From assembly GCF_964213995.1 (NCBI RefSeq), contig NC_135810.1, positions 56,730,001 through 56,794,000 of the forward strand: 64,000 nucleotides of DNA, given 5' to 3'. The DNA comes from Mustelus asterias. Its lineage: Eukaryota. The position numbers and the translations under genes were made by a program. Shown one piece after another: positions 13,135-25,229 of the stretch. The notes under the pieces are model-generated. The model saw only the letters and a list, made by a program, of their open reading frames with translations. It was not told where the DNA came from and searched no databases. How positions within the stretch are numbered: the stretch's first letter is position 1; the number at the start of each line of letters is the position of its first letter.

Positions 13135-14402
13135 TAAAAAATGCTTACAAGTATATAGTGGTATGTCACAGCCTCAGGACATTCCTCCCATCTCCCCTCT
13201 GTACTGCATAACTATTTCTTTTTAAGTGCATTCACTGAGGTTTGCAAATACTCCAGACAATTTGCATACAAAGCAAAAGAGAATAAATGATCAGGCAATG
13301 TTTTTGAATTGATGGATGTGGCTGAAGGAGGAATGCAGATGTTCAGAACTTCCACTTCATTGAATTATGTTTTGGGATCCTTTGCATCCACCTTAGTAGA
13401 CAGAATTTTGATTTGCTATCACATCCAAAGACAACGGGGTGATTTTGAGCCCTCACTCTCCATCTATGGGAAAGGCAGTGCACTCTCAAAATCTGGAAAG
13501 ACTTAGAAAGCACAATTCTCGCCGGCGAGTTTGAGTTCTGATCTTCTAGCCCCCTCACCGACAGAGTAGTGTGAAGCATGCCGTGGGACCCCAGGAAGGT
13601 CATGTTAATGCAAATCATTAGTGAGTAGTCTCTCTGGAGTCCCAATACCCCCCACTCCCTCCATGGGATAGTCAGTGTGCACCAATGTGACGTCACACCA
13701 GCACCATTTACAATAGATTAACTTAGATGTGGGGGTCTCCCTGGGGGGCATAAAGGTATGGCCACTGGGGGAGAAATACAGGGCCAGACAGTGCCCCCTT
13801 GCACAGATTGGCACCATGCCCATACCAACCTGTGCCAAGGGGTGGCTCCAGTGGGAGCCTCAGGGAGGGGGTGTGGGTCGCGGAATTTATTCAGATGTGT
13901 TTGTGGACTGGAAGTGGACGGAAGAACAGGGGATACCGGCTTAGACTGTGGCGGGTAGGGCGGGCGTGGAAGTAGCCAATATCAGGATGGAGTGGGAGAG
14001 AAGTGCCGACTCCGATCGGTGTTGGGGAGGAGAGCCCCGATACATCAGCGGTGTTTGGGGGAGGGGGGTATTCCTGTTATGATTGGTACACCCTGATCTC
14101 AGTGTAGCTGGACTTGTCGGCATATTGAAGCTCTGCCCCCTGCATGATGGTGTGAAACACGTCCCTTGATTCTTTTAGGCACAGTATCGTAAAATCTGGA
14201 GAGAAAACTGGTGAGTTTCGCTCCAAACACACCAGCTTTCTCGCTGAAAACAACACTCTACCCTTTTTTTTGGTAAGATTTCACCCAATATCGGTCTTTC
14301 ATCCTGCACTGAATTGTCAACTTAAGATGAGTACATAATAAGGCTTCACACCTACAATTTTCTCTCTCAATGGGTAGTTACTAACTGATCCAAGCTAACA
14401 CT
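13135..14402 (-). mobile_element. Deu-domain SINE (SacSINE1/AmnSINE1-like) split by a MITE at ~13508-14286
   Basis: Reverse complement of the Deu core seen at 38036 (GGATCCTTTGCATCCACC); head resumes at ~14290; insert ends GGTAAGATTTCACCC. Confidence 0.6.
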
Positions 14403-14939
14403 TAAAATCAAAATAACTCCTGAGACGCAAGATAATGTGCTTGCTACTAAGTTGGATTCAGTGATTTTAAAAATATTGCAAACTTAAATAAAAACCTTTG
14501 CTATTAAAGCCAGAAGAAATGTAGGTAATTTGACCCATGTGAAAATTGTTTTAATACATAGATGTTTACATGCACAGGAAATATTCAGGAATCCAGGTTA
14601 TCTAGAATTTGCTAAGGTATCAGAATTTTTCTTAAACTAAATTGGATAGAGACTTTCATAGATTTACTATCGAAATACTACGAACAATATCAAGGACCCT
14701 TGGTAATTCTAGTGGCAATAAAGTTTAGAATGTAATCCTTCAAATGCATTTAAGATATCAAATAATTAGTCTTTTTTTCTGCTTGTGTTCATTGTCTCTT
14801 TGGTAACCATTTGAAGAAAATTCAAATTTTACATCCCACCAGAAACACACATTTAGGTATTCACTTTTGAAGCCACTGAAGTGATACAATTGTAAGTGAG
14901 GTATTGTTTCTGTTGCTCAGCCACTACGCAGGCTGGGAT

Positions 14940-15330
14940 TTAAATATAATTGCAAATGGGCAAGCAGTGGCAGATAAAATTTGACATGAAGAACTGCAAA
15001 TTGAAGTGCTTGATGGTGGCCAATCCAGAAAGGGACTATTAAATGCAAAGAAAATGGTAATCTGGGAGTCCTGATTGACAATACATTGAAGTTAATGTAA
15101 CAATGCATCGTGGCAGTGAGCAAACCAATCAGATTTGGATTTTTAAAAAAAGGTTAACATTGAATTGATATAGCGATGCAATAGTCAGTTTATAATTGGT
15201 GCAACTGCTATAGGAATATTGTGTACAATTCTGGCCATCACAGAAACAAAAAGGGATATTGCTGTTATTTAATGGATATAGAAGGGAGCAACAAGAATGA
15301 TTGAGACGATGGAGGGATTGAACAGCGATG
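14940..15330 (+). mobile_element. Ancient CR1/L2 RT C-terminal fragment
   Basis: WASSGR*NLT..., LGVLID..L, EYCVQFWP...RATRMI motifs, heavily decayed. Confidence 0.55.
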
Positions 15331-16141
15331 ATGCATTAGCTGGTCTACATAACCCGTCCCAATACACCATTTTCCTGAATGTAAATGGTTTTTGCACAAA
15401 AATATGTAGAAACATAAAAACCAAATCTGTTGATCCTAAAAGAGATAAAATTGCAAAAGAAACAGCTAGTCTAACTGTACAGAACAGTACCTGGAAGCAA
15501 GATTGATGACAATAACAAGAACCAGATCTGTACTGTAATCAGTCTAAAATTAGGTACAAAATTGAATCAGGTGTGATGGATTGATCAGGCAGTAAAACAT
15601 TGATTTCGAAGATGTCTCTGATCTTGAGGGAAGAAATTTATTGATCTCTAGCTTTATAGGATGCGTGATAATCTTAAATCCTCACCTTGCAGATGTGCAA
15701 GGACAGAACATTACAAAGGTTTCAAAAGTACTCAAAAACATCTTGCTGGAGGGTAGGACAGGACACATACTAAGATGGAACATCAACACCAAAAATGCAT
15801 TTTTCTCTCTCTGTGCTCAGGTCGATAAGGTTTCTGAACATCAAAGATTCCCTGGTTATGTGTAGTAACAACTGAGTAGAGCTTCACTAGTTTTAAAAAA
15901 CATTACAATGGGATGGACTACTCTACAACCAAACTTAGAATTGGTAAAGTATGATCAATTAAATTAAATTCTGGGTGGGCAATTATATTTTTCAAAAAAA
16001 ATTATATAGCTGAATACACAAATTGCTAAAATATCTTTCTTGTAAACACGGAGTTACCTTATTTTAGGTCATTATTTTTGTTTAAGGCAACTGTCAAAGC
16101 TCTGTTATGTTGTGAACAGTGGGATACAGGTCCGACACACT

Positions 16142-16800
16142 GGGCGGAATTTTGCACTCAGTCCTGGCTGGGTCGAGAAAACCGGCGTACAGCTCTCCAG
16201 TTGCGCAGCTGAGTTTTCGCTCCAGATTCTCTGACACTCGGTGCACAGAAAATCTTGACGGGTGGGTTCCGCTGTGACACTGGCAATGCGGTCTCCACAG
16301 AGATCGAGGTCCCATTTTAAAAAGTGTCCAGATCTGTATAAAACGAAACTCCCCCTCACACAAACACTGTGGCAATGCTACCCCCACCCCCTCCAGATAC
16401 ACATATGGGGAACATCCCTCAATGGGGCTCTCCATAGGTCCCACCCCTTGCACTGCCTCCTAACAGTGGCAGAGCACTGGCCAGGCATGTTTTTGTGCCT
16501 CACCCTGGGGGCGATACTTACCTCTGTACCCTGGCAGGTTCCCCTTGACTGCTTCCCGTTTTTCAATACCTGTTGTGAACCTCGCCAACTTGATTCCTTA
16601 GTTGGGCAAACATATAGCAGGGAAGCCCTTAAATGTATTTAAATAAATTTAAATGTAGTTAAAATGAGGTTCCCACCTTACATCACTAGCAAGAGGGGAA
16701 AACGAGATCTCGCTGATGAGAATCTCCTTTTCCGATTCTCAGATTTTGCACCCACATCACTATTTTTGCTCCGACCAAACGTGGGGCGCAAGATTGCCCC
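16142..16800. mobile_element. Non-autonomous Harbinger-type MITE
   Basis: Imperfect TIRs GGGCGGAATTTTGC / GCAAGATTGCCCC; interior related to 13508-14286 and 57140-57770. Confidence 0.6.
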
Positions 16801-17719
16801 CATTGTGTTTCTGATACCAAACATGGGACTGTGGAAATTTCACTACCTCTGAAAGAACAATTGTATTGAATGCCAATCTGAAGGTAAAAATCAAACTGTA
16901 GTACTTCAATGACATCATTAAGTTAGTGAGCAATTTGTAGTTTTTAAGTGAGCAAATAAAAATGAAGGCAAGTATGATTCTTACAAGTTAAATATTTAGA
17001 AAATTGCAGATTACTAACCCCAGCAATGTGAGCCAGTTTTTAAAATGTTGATAATTTAAAAATTAGTGATGCAAGAAGAATGGGAATAGAAATCATGCCC
17101 ACAAATACACAATTATGGACATAAGTGTGCCAAAAAAACACATAACATAGCTTTTCCTATTTTATAAATGGCATAGAAGAACTGAGGGCAGTTTGATACT
17201 AAGGTCATGTAGTGTTAGAAAAATAGTGCAATAATAAAGACCACAAGAATACAAAGAAAGTCCATTCTGCTCATAAATCCCATTTGATCCATTTTTCATA
17301 GGATCCATCCTGCCTATTTTAAATCTCTGGAAGCTAATTTCCACACAAATATTTCTTAATTCCAACTTTATCTAAGAACTTGAGATTTTTGCTTTTGAAT
17401 GTTGGACAGCTACTCTCCACAGACAATAGTTGTCATCCATCATATCAAATGTACTATTTAATTACATTAGTTTATAACTTACCCTATGCAACCGTCACAA
17501 CAAAAAATTATGCAACAGTATTTTGAAGTACACTGTAACAGCTTTGTAAAGCTTGTTCTGTACATCTACTATTCAATACAAGGGAAGGGGATTTACTCAA
17601 ATGTCTAGTTTATTTTGAGCTGAGTTAAATTTAAACTTACGCCCTCAGATTCTGTATGGACCATCATATCAGATGCTCCAGAAAAAGTAACCCTTCTTGA
17701 AGAAATCAATTTTGGATAG

Positions 17720-18080
17720 GGGAGGGGATGGCCTGGTGTTATTATTGCCTAGGCTATTAATCCAGAAACTCAGTTAATGTTCTGGGAACGCAGGTTTGAA
17801 TCCTGCCACAGCAGATGGTGGAATTTGAATTCAATAAAATATCTGGAATTCAGAATCTACTGATGACTATGAAACTATTGTCGATTGTTGGAAAAACCAA
17901 TCTTGTTCACTGATGAACTTTAGAGAAGGAAATCTGCTGTCCTTACCTGGTCTGGCCTACATGTGACTCCAGAGCCACAGCAATGTGATTAATTCTTAAC
18001 TTCCTTCCAAGGACAACTAGGGATGGGCAATAAATGCTGACCAGCCAGCGACGCCCATGTCCCACAAATGAATAAAAAAA
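17720..18080 (+). mobile_element. tRNA-derived SINE with Meta-like core and tail shared with the 45.5-49.6 kb LINE family
   Basis: A/B-box-like head (GGTTTGAATCC), core GGAAATCTGCTGTCCTTACCTGGTCTGGCCTACATGTGACTCC, tail CTAGGGATGGGCAATAAATGCTG..CAGCCAGCGACGCCCATGTCCC..AATGAATAAAAA. Confidence 0.75.
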
Positions 18081-18114
18081 ATCACCAAACAGCATAGCAA
18101 GCCAAGTATACATA

Positions 18115-18327
18115 GGGCAGGATTTTCCTACCCCTGCATGGTGTGTTTTGTGGCAGCAGGAGATGGTGCGCCACTCACTGGCAGCTGGATCTCATGGTCC
18201 CACCATTGTCAAGGGGTTTCCCATTGAATGCACCCCTCACCACCGGGAAATCTGTGGCGGGGATGGGGGATGCACCATCGATGAGACTGTAAGATCCCAC
18301 TGGCGTAAACGGCAGCAAGATTTTGGC
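18115..18327. mobile_element. Short Harbinger-type MITE
   Basis: GGGCAGGATTTT... / ...AAGATTTTGGC termini with an internal imperfect palindrome. Confidence 0.5.
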
Positions 18328-18619
18328 AATAGTCTTAATTTAAAATATACCTATAAGAAACCTTTATGCCTTAGGTCTTCATATTGCAAAAAATGAAGCA
18401 TGGGTTGTGCAGACCAAAGCATTATCTGATGAGACTTCTCATCTGTTAAGTTTTTCCCAGTGCATTTCTGGATATTTCCAAACATCCCCCCCCTCTCTAA
18501 AATCATAAATGTAAAACACATTTTTGGTTTTGATGGTCCATCCTAGCTTGAGTCCTCTCCTACACAAATGAGGCTTATAAAATACATACAAGATCTTAGA
18601 CTTTGTAAATAGAAGTATG

Positions 18620-19140
18620 AATACAAAAGTCAAACCTTTATAAATCACTGGTTCAGCTTCAGCTGTAGTGTTTCTAATTTTGGGTACCACACTTTTGGAA
18701 AAATCACAAAGTCTGAGGGTATCGTTGAGATTTATTAGAAAGATACCAGAGATGAGGATCTCGTTATTTGGAAAATTAAAGCTGGTATTGTTGCGAAGAG
18801 GAAATTTTGAGGTATTTAAAATTATGAGGACTTTGATAGAGTAAATAAGGACAAATTGTTTCCACTGCCAGAAAGATCAGTAACTTGACAGATTTCGGAT
18901 AACTGGCAAAAGAACATATGGGGAGGTGAAATTTTATTTTTGAATTCAGTGAGTTATGATCTGGAAGATATTGCCTGAAAGGATAGTGGAAGCCGATTTA
19001 ATAGTAACCTTTGCAAACAGATTGGATATATACTTGAAATCGAATATTTGCAGTGCTATGGGGAAGGAACAAAGGATGGGATTAATTCAGTAGCTCTTTC
19101 AAAGAGAACAATGGCTGGTTTCCCCTTCAGTGCTGTATTA
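18620..19140 (+). mobile_element. CR1 LINE 3' fragment (old)
   Basis: YKSLVQLQL..CF*FW..., EVFKIMR...DRVNKDKLFPL motifs. Confidence 0.65.
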
Positions 19141-20096
19141 ATTTACTGAGGGAATGCAATTCAAAGTTATTTTTAAAATACTAAAAAAAAACTTGCAGAT
19201 GGTCGACTATTACTGACACAGCACATTGAAATTTGCTTGCTTGGTAATACCTGATGAAACGTCCATGAGAACATGTACACTCCTGCAGACATGGTATTTA
19301 TCCAAATTTTGTGGTCAGTGACAAATTAATGGCACTAGCTGTTCATTACACTTCCACTAGCCCTCATACTTCCCATGGGCTTTTGTACTGGGCATTATAA
19401 TTAGAGTCAAAACATAGGATCCAAGGCTTGTGAATAGGGCGAGCAATGATGTGTAAGAGAATGGAGAATCTTTAGAAGTCTGTAGAGTCTGAATCAGGGA
19501 GTGTAATGTAGATTATTTAATTCAATGCCAAATCATAGACAGAAAGTGAAATAGTGTGGGAAACAAAGGTGGGATTTAGACAGATAAAACAAACAGCATG
19601 AAAAAATATTTTCTTCAAAAATCACCAATTAGAGTTCTAAGGAATGAGATTCCACCCGTAGAAGTTAATTTTCAGTCCCAAAGATGTTAGGCTTTACTTG
19701 AGACTTATCACAGATCAAGAAAAAAATACACTTGGATGGAGAAGCACCAACATTTTCTGATATGTTGATGGATAGCTAGTTGTCAAGTACCACACCTTCA
19801 AATCTTTCATGTATTTGAATACCCAGTCTTTTGCCAAGATACTGTTACATCAAAGTTTCTGAAAAGTAGGGCAACTGAGATAGCAACGTCCCAATTTCCA
19901 TCATTAACCGTGCATGTGTGGCCACCAGCTGTTGCTAATTTACTTTTGAATAATGGTGAGCACTGATAGTCGCACCATCATTCTTATTGCGAAATTTCAG
20001 ACAAAGTTACTGTTTTTCATTGGGAAGGTACAACCAAGAGAACAAATGGAGTAACTAGGAATGCCACTGTAACAAATCTGCACACTGCTTAGTGAT

Positions 20097-20407
20097 GTTT
20101 AAAGTTTATTTATTAGTGTCACAAGTGGGCTTACATTAACACTGCAATGAAGTTACTGTGAAAATCCCCTAGTCGTCACACTCTGACGCCTGTTCGGGTA
20201 CACTGAGGGAGAATTTAGCATGGCCAATGTAACTAACCAGCACGTCTTTCGGATTGTGGGATGAAATGGGAGCACCCGGAGGAAACACACGCAAATATGG
20301 AGAGAACACGCAGACTCCGCACAAACAGTGACCCAAGCTGGGAATCGAACCCGGTTCCCTGGCGCTGTGAGGCAGCAGTGCTAACCACTGTGTCACCGTG
20401 CTGCCCA
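20097..20407 (-). mobile_element. V-SINE with alternative tail, full length
   Basis: tRNA head plus V core; tail ...AATGTAAGCCCACTTGTGACACTAATAAATAAACTTT. Confidence 0.88.
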
Positions 20408-21893
20408 TGTATTTAATGTTAAATAACTGTCTGATTATTTTAAATTGTCTGGTTAGAGCATAAAAAGAAATGAGGGAAATAATTTACATATCAGTGCTGT
20501 ACTTACCACAACTCAAATAAACCAACTTAGTTATGTCACTCACTATGTTAAATTATGCTTTCAATTAAGACAGACAATGAAACATGAAGAAATGATAAGG
20601 CAGTAAGTTGAATTTTTATTTTACATGTCAAGGGAATGGTCTAGAGCATGTTTGATGAATTGTCAGCTTTTGTACTGAGCCGCAAAGTGAAATTAAAATG
20701 TATGAAATACTGCTACATGCAATATTGAGTGCTAGAAGTGTAATGGAGTGATTTACTGTGACTGTAAAAATAATTCATTCTGAAAAAAAATTTCCCCAGC
20801 AGTTTGGGTTTCTGGCAACATCTTTAGTTTTATCTATATATATTCACAACCTATGGTCAGGAGGGAAAATCCCTGAACCCATTTACAACTCTATTTAACA
20901 TTTGTTTTATCAGAATTTGTTTTCATGATTAGTGTTAAGACAAAAGAAGAATTTTCTATGGGAGTTAACAAAGGCAGTAATTCATATTGGTGAAGTAAAC
21001 TATTGCAATACCTTTTTTTCAAATAAATCAAAATAAAATGATATCAATTTATATTGGTTTTAGCACAAAAAAGTGAAAACAAAAACATATTGCACAATGT
21101 TTTCACAAATAATGTTCTTAAAAATAGGTTCAATTTTATTGTTGGTTTTTTTCTAAAATTATTTTGGTCAAAATGCTCCTGATTAAATTGAAATTTTTAG
21201 GTCCATTTGACAACAAAGGACCAAATACAACTTGATTCTTAAAAGTTGCATAGAAAAGCAGATTGGACAAAGGGATAATTCTACAATAGGCAAGACATAT
21301 AAATCAAGGTAATTTAATTTGCAGTAAAGCTAGACAGTGATAGCTTGAATCATTCTAAGTACATAAGTTCAATTGTAAATACATTAAGATATGTATCCCT
21401 TAATTACATATATAAACAGTTTGTATTATCGTCGAGTTGAATGCAAATCTAATTGAACAATACCTCCAAAAACTTGTCCTAATTTCTCCATGGTGTGACA
21501 TTCCCTCAGAGAGCAAAAGAGGCATTTCAAAGAACGATATGTACCAAAAGAATTTCTGCAATTATTGTACCATATCTTGTATCAACATTGTACAGTGGAC
21601 AAGGTCTCAAAACATTCAGTACACTGAACCTTACTTTAAAAGGGACCCATGCTGAATAACAGCAAATCAACTAAGAGTTCCAAGTATATAAACAAGACAC
21701 ATCATTGCCATAAGTTGAGGTAAAAAAAAGTTCACATTATATATTTTCTTTGTTATTCACAAAACATGTTGCTCAGGCAGTTGCAGTCAGCTATTTGTGC
21801 AGCAGAACTAGACACACTTTGACCATAGCAAGAAGCAATGTGATTTACAGGGCTAGTAAGACTCACATTGCTTGGATTACATTCAGAAACATG

Positions 21894-24800
21894 CTATGGC
21901 TTATTTTTCAGATCTTTCGTACCAATGTGCAATATCTGCGTTGGTTTAGGTTTCCATTTGGAACTATTTTGCACTTCCAAATGCTGATTAACAGCAGGGA
22001 GCGCAATATCCCCATGACTGATGATTGGTTCCACTGAGGCCATCATAAACTGATTAACTGCTGCCATTCCAGAAACTATGTTGGAAAGGATATTACCAGG
22101 TTCCTCAAATTCTCTCTGCCCACCATTTAAGAATCTGTTTCTTCTAGTAATGTTGCAAGAAATATCATCACAGGACTTTGCAGATATAACTGAGTATTTA
22201 CCTTTTCCATTCAGTTTTCTTTCCTTTCTTGGAAGTTTGTTTCTTGCATTCATTAAATCTTGCTTCACAAACTTTGCACACATTTCTAAACCTTTGTTAG
22301 TAAACCCTTTTACAGGTTTATAAGCTTTTTCAGGTTGGCATATTTGATTTGTATATAATGCATCCGATGAATTCCCTTGAACTTCAATGGTTTCGTAATT
22401 TTCTGGTGATGCACTGTACTTTTTAATATTCTCTACTTTAATAGCTTTGATCTCAGTTTTGCAATTCGGGTACTTCTGAAGAGCTTTTTTGTCCCATGGG
22501 CTTCCATTTGATTTTGCAAGTCCTTTTCTTGCAATATTTATTGCCTTATTCATTTTTGAATGATTACTAGAATTCACATGATCAGAAGCCTGTAAATGGA
22601 CAGGAGATTGTGCACATTGCGAAAATGAAACACATGTTGGGTCACTGTTGGTGTGGTAAGCTTGGATGTTTGTACTGCATAGTTCACTACAAACCTGCCA
22701 GTGCTCTACACACAAAGTTGGTGATGTAGCCTTGCTGGAAAGCTGATCACGGCTGCAACGCTCCAAAGATTTAATATTAGACTTGCCTGATTTGGAGAGG
22801 ATTTTTGGTGCATGTTCCTGTGAAAATTCAGAACAAGAGCTCTGTTTCACTTTTGCTGGTGTAAAATTTGAAATGTCTAAAATGCACGGAGAATCTTTTG
22901 AAGGAAACAATTGCTTTGTTTCTTCATTCAATATTTTTTGACTGTAGTTTGCATTTATTTCATTTTGACTACTGTACACCTTTGAGTCACATTCATTTGC
23001 ATTACTGCTTACAGATGATTGATTCACAACTCCAACCTGTACCAGTCTTTCATTTTGAGAGTCAGCTGCATACAAGGAAAATGGATCTTTTCCCATTACA
23101 CTATGTGGATGTACATTCTGAATAGTCTCTACATTCCAAACTTCCTGCATGCTTGGCTTTTCTGCCAAATGAAGCCCATTAGATTCACTATGGTTGCATT
23201 TCGTGGAGGCTTCATCAGTTTGTCTTTGCAGTGAAGAAAAAAGTGTGTTTTCTGTCACAATTTCGTTGGCACAGGAATGTTGGGAGGGAAGTTGAACGTT
23301 TTCGTTAGCTGAGGAATCATCCCCATCCAGCAGAGACCGGAAATATCCTCCACGGATTTCTGGAGCCGATTGTGTATTATAAGCAGATAGTACGGACCAG
23401 TCTCGGCAACTAGTAGCTGGAACTGGAGAAAGTAAATGACTATCGGTTTCTAATTTGTCACTGAATGCTGGGGAATGTAAGATAGCAGGGTTGAAATTAA
23501 GTAAAGTGGAAGCAGAATTCCAGCGACCTGGAGGTTTGCACATGTCTGCATTTGGAGCTTGAGGCATTTCATTTCCACTTTCTAAAGAATTACTATCATG
23601 GGTATCATTACCATCCTGACCATTTGCTCTCCTTTTCTTTGACAGTATGTTGTGTTTCTTCTTTAGTTTTTGTAATGAAGAGTCTTCATGCATGACTCTT
23701 AACTGATTGGTCTTACTCACAGTCCGAATGGTGATGCGCTTTAGTTCTATTTCATCTGTAAATTCATAAACTGACTTATCATATTTTTGTACTTTCTTGG
23801 GTACTTCTGTATTTGTAGCATCTGTTTCAATGAGACTGTCTTTTTGGTGATTCAAAGTACATCCTATTTTAATTGATGACATCCCATTAGCTAGTGTTTG
23901 TTGTTTTTTATTTTTAGAAGCAAAGAACATATAAGACATTCCAGCACCAGAACAGACTTTTAGTTTTCTATCAAGTTTTTCTTGGTTATGACATACATTA
24001 CAATCATTAGGAACTTGAGACCAAAATTCCTTAAGTGGAGAAAGCTTTCTATATTTTTTCACTATTTCATCAGTCAGTAATACTTGTCCCTCTGTGCAAT
24101 CTAATCTACTGATTTTTACATGCATATTTTTGTGGCCCTTAAACCGATTGACAATTATATATTTGATAACAACAGGTGGTTCCTTTTTCCCAACTTTTTT
24201 CCTTTTCCGAGGGCACCAGTCATCATCATCTTCCCGACCAGCATCTAACACATGATCCTTTTTGCTGAAAGTTTTCATGGTCTCTAAAGAATCAACATCA
24301 TATAAATAATCATCACTATAGCGTATTTGCCGTTTTGCCCTCAAGGTATAATTGGTTTGATTTGAATACCTTTCAGTGCTTTTCCTTAAAAGCTTCCAAT
24401 TTCCTCTATCCTCATTGAGAATGGATGATAAACAGACTGAATCTACTGGATTCTCACCATCTTTCCAGTTATCCATAAAAACACCCGACAGAAGGCATTT
24501 GTTACTCTCTAATTCATACAATGTGCTATGTTCTGGACTATCATGTTCCCCTCTCTCTTCCTGAGCAGAAGTAGAATTCTTTTTTATGGGGCTTTTCATA
24601 CCTTTTTTGGTTCCATTACATCGGGTACTGGGAAAAAAATGAAGTTGTGCATCCTCTTGAAAAGCATTTGTTTTCTCTCTCACATTGTCTTGAAAAGATT
24701 CATATCTTATCTTCAGTGAACAGACATCACTACTTAGTGTTGATTCATCATCAAACAAAAAACTGTCACTGTCTTCTTCACTAATTAGGTTAGTTGAAAA

Positions 24801-25229
24801 GTCATTTGTTGCACAGAGATCTAAAAATTCTTCTTTGTTTTCATTTATGAAGGATTCAAAGTAACTCCAGTTCTGGCTTGGAATAGGTAGTAATGCATCA
24901 TCTCCATTAAATTTATCTGTGAACAGACTCTCGTGAACATTGGTAGTGGTACCTGATTCATCAATCTTTGCACAATCAAATTTGTCTTCACAAATTATTC
25001 CATTCAAAGAAAAGTTCAACATTTGGTCAGAAATAGTCTCTTCTGGCTGAAAAACTGAAAAGTGTGTTTCAGGAACCATAGTGGTTTCCTTGCTCAGTTT
25101 ATTTTTGCATATTCTCCATTTGGCTCCAAATTCACAACATTCAATTTCATTTGTTTTAGAAATACTTTCAGCTGTTTTATGGACTTCGCAGGGTTTTTCA
25201 TGAAAACAAGAAAAGTCCTTAGCTTCCAT
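21894..25229 (-). CDS. NEXMIF: NEXMIF/KIAA2022-family protein (neurite extension and migration factor-like), ~1111 aa, single large coding exon
   Basis: Uninterrupted 3.4-kb ORF with NEXMIF motifs NWSYFESFI, DDESTLSSDVCSLKIRYESFQDNVREKT, QEDAQLHFFPS, YTLRAKRQIRYSDDYLYDVDSLE, WCPRKRKK..KEPPVVIKYIIVNRFKG, EFEEPGNILSNIVSGM..V.QFMMASVEP. First in-frame ATG at 25229 (ATTATGG Kozak) lies downstream of an in-frame TAA; likely acceptor TTTTTTAG|G at 25424. Confidence 0.9.
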   Translation of the reverse strand: MEAKDFSCFHEKPCEVHKTAESISKTNEIECCEFGAKWRICKNKLSKETTMVPETHFSVFQPEETISDQMLNFSLNGIICEDKFDCAKIDESGTTTNVHESLFTDKFNGDDALLPIPSQNWSYFESFINENKEEFLDLCATNDFSTNLISEEDSDSFLFDDESTLSSDVCSLKIRYESFQDNVREKTNAFQEDAQLHFFPSTRCNGTKKGMKSPIKKNSTSAQEERGEHDSPEHSTLYELESNKCLLSGVFMDNWKDGENPVDSVCLSSILNEDRGNWKLLRKSTERYSNQTNYTLRAKRQIRYSDDYLYDVDSLETMKTFSKKDHVLDAGREDDDDWCPRKRKKVGKKEPPVVIKYIIVNRFKGHKNMHVKISRLDCTEGQVLLTDEIVKKYRKLSPLKEFWSQVPNDCNVCHNQEKLDRKLKVCSGAGMSYMFFASKNKKQQTLANGMSSIKIGCTLNHQKDSLIETDATNTEVPKKVQKYDKSVYEFTDEIELKRITIRTVSKTNQLRVMHEDSSLQKLKKKHNILSKKRRANGQDGNDTHDSNSLESGNEMPQAPNADMCKPPGRWNSASTLLNFNPAILHSPAFSDKLETDSHLLSPVPATSCRDWSVLSAYNTQSAPEIRGGYFRSLLDGDDSSANENVQLPSQHSCANEIVTENTLFSSLQRQTDEASTKCNHSESNGLHLAEKPSMQEVWNVETIQNVHPHSVMGKDPFSLYAADSQNERLVQVGVVNQSSVSSNANECDSKVYSSQNEINANYSQKILNEETKQLFPSKDSPCILDISNFTPAKVKQSSCSEFSQEHAPKILSKSGKSNIKSLERCSRDQLSSKATSPTLCVEHWQVCSELCSTNIQAYHTNSDPTCVSFSQCAQSPVHLQASDHVNSSNHSKMNKAINIARKGLAKSNGSPWDKKALQKYPNCKTEIKAIKVENIKKYSASPENYETIEVQGNSSDALYTNQICQPEKAYKPVKGFTNKGLEMCAKFVKQDLMNARNKLPRKERKLNGKGKYSVISAKSCDDISCNITRRNRFLNGGQREFEEPGNILSNIVSGMAAVNQFMMASVEPIISHGDIALPAVNQHLEVQNSSKWKPKPTQILHIGTKDLKNKP

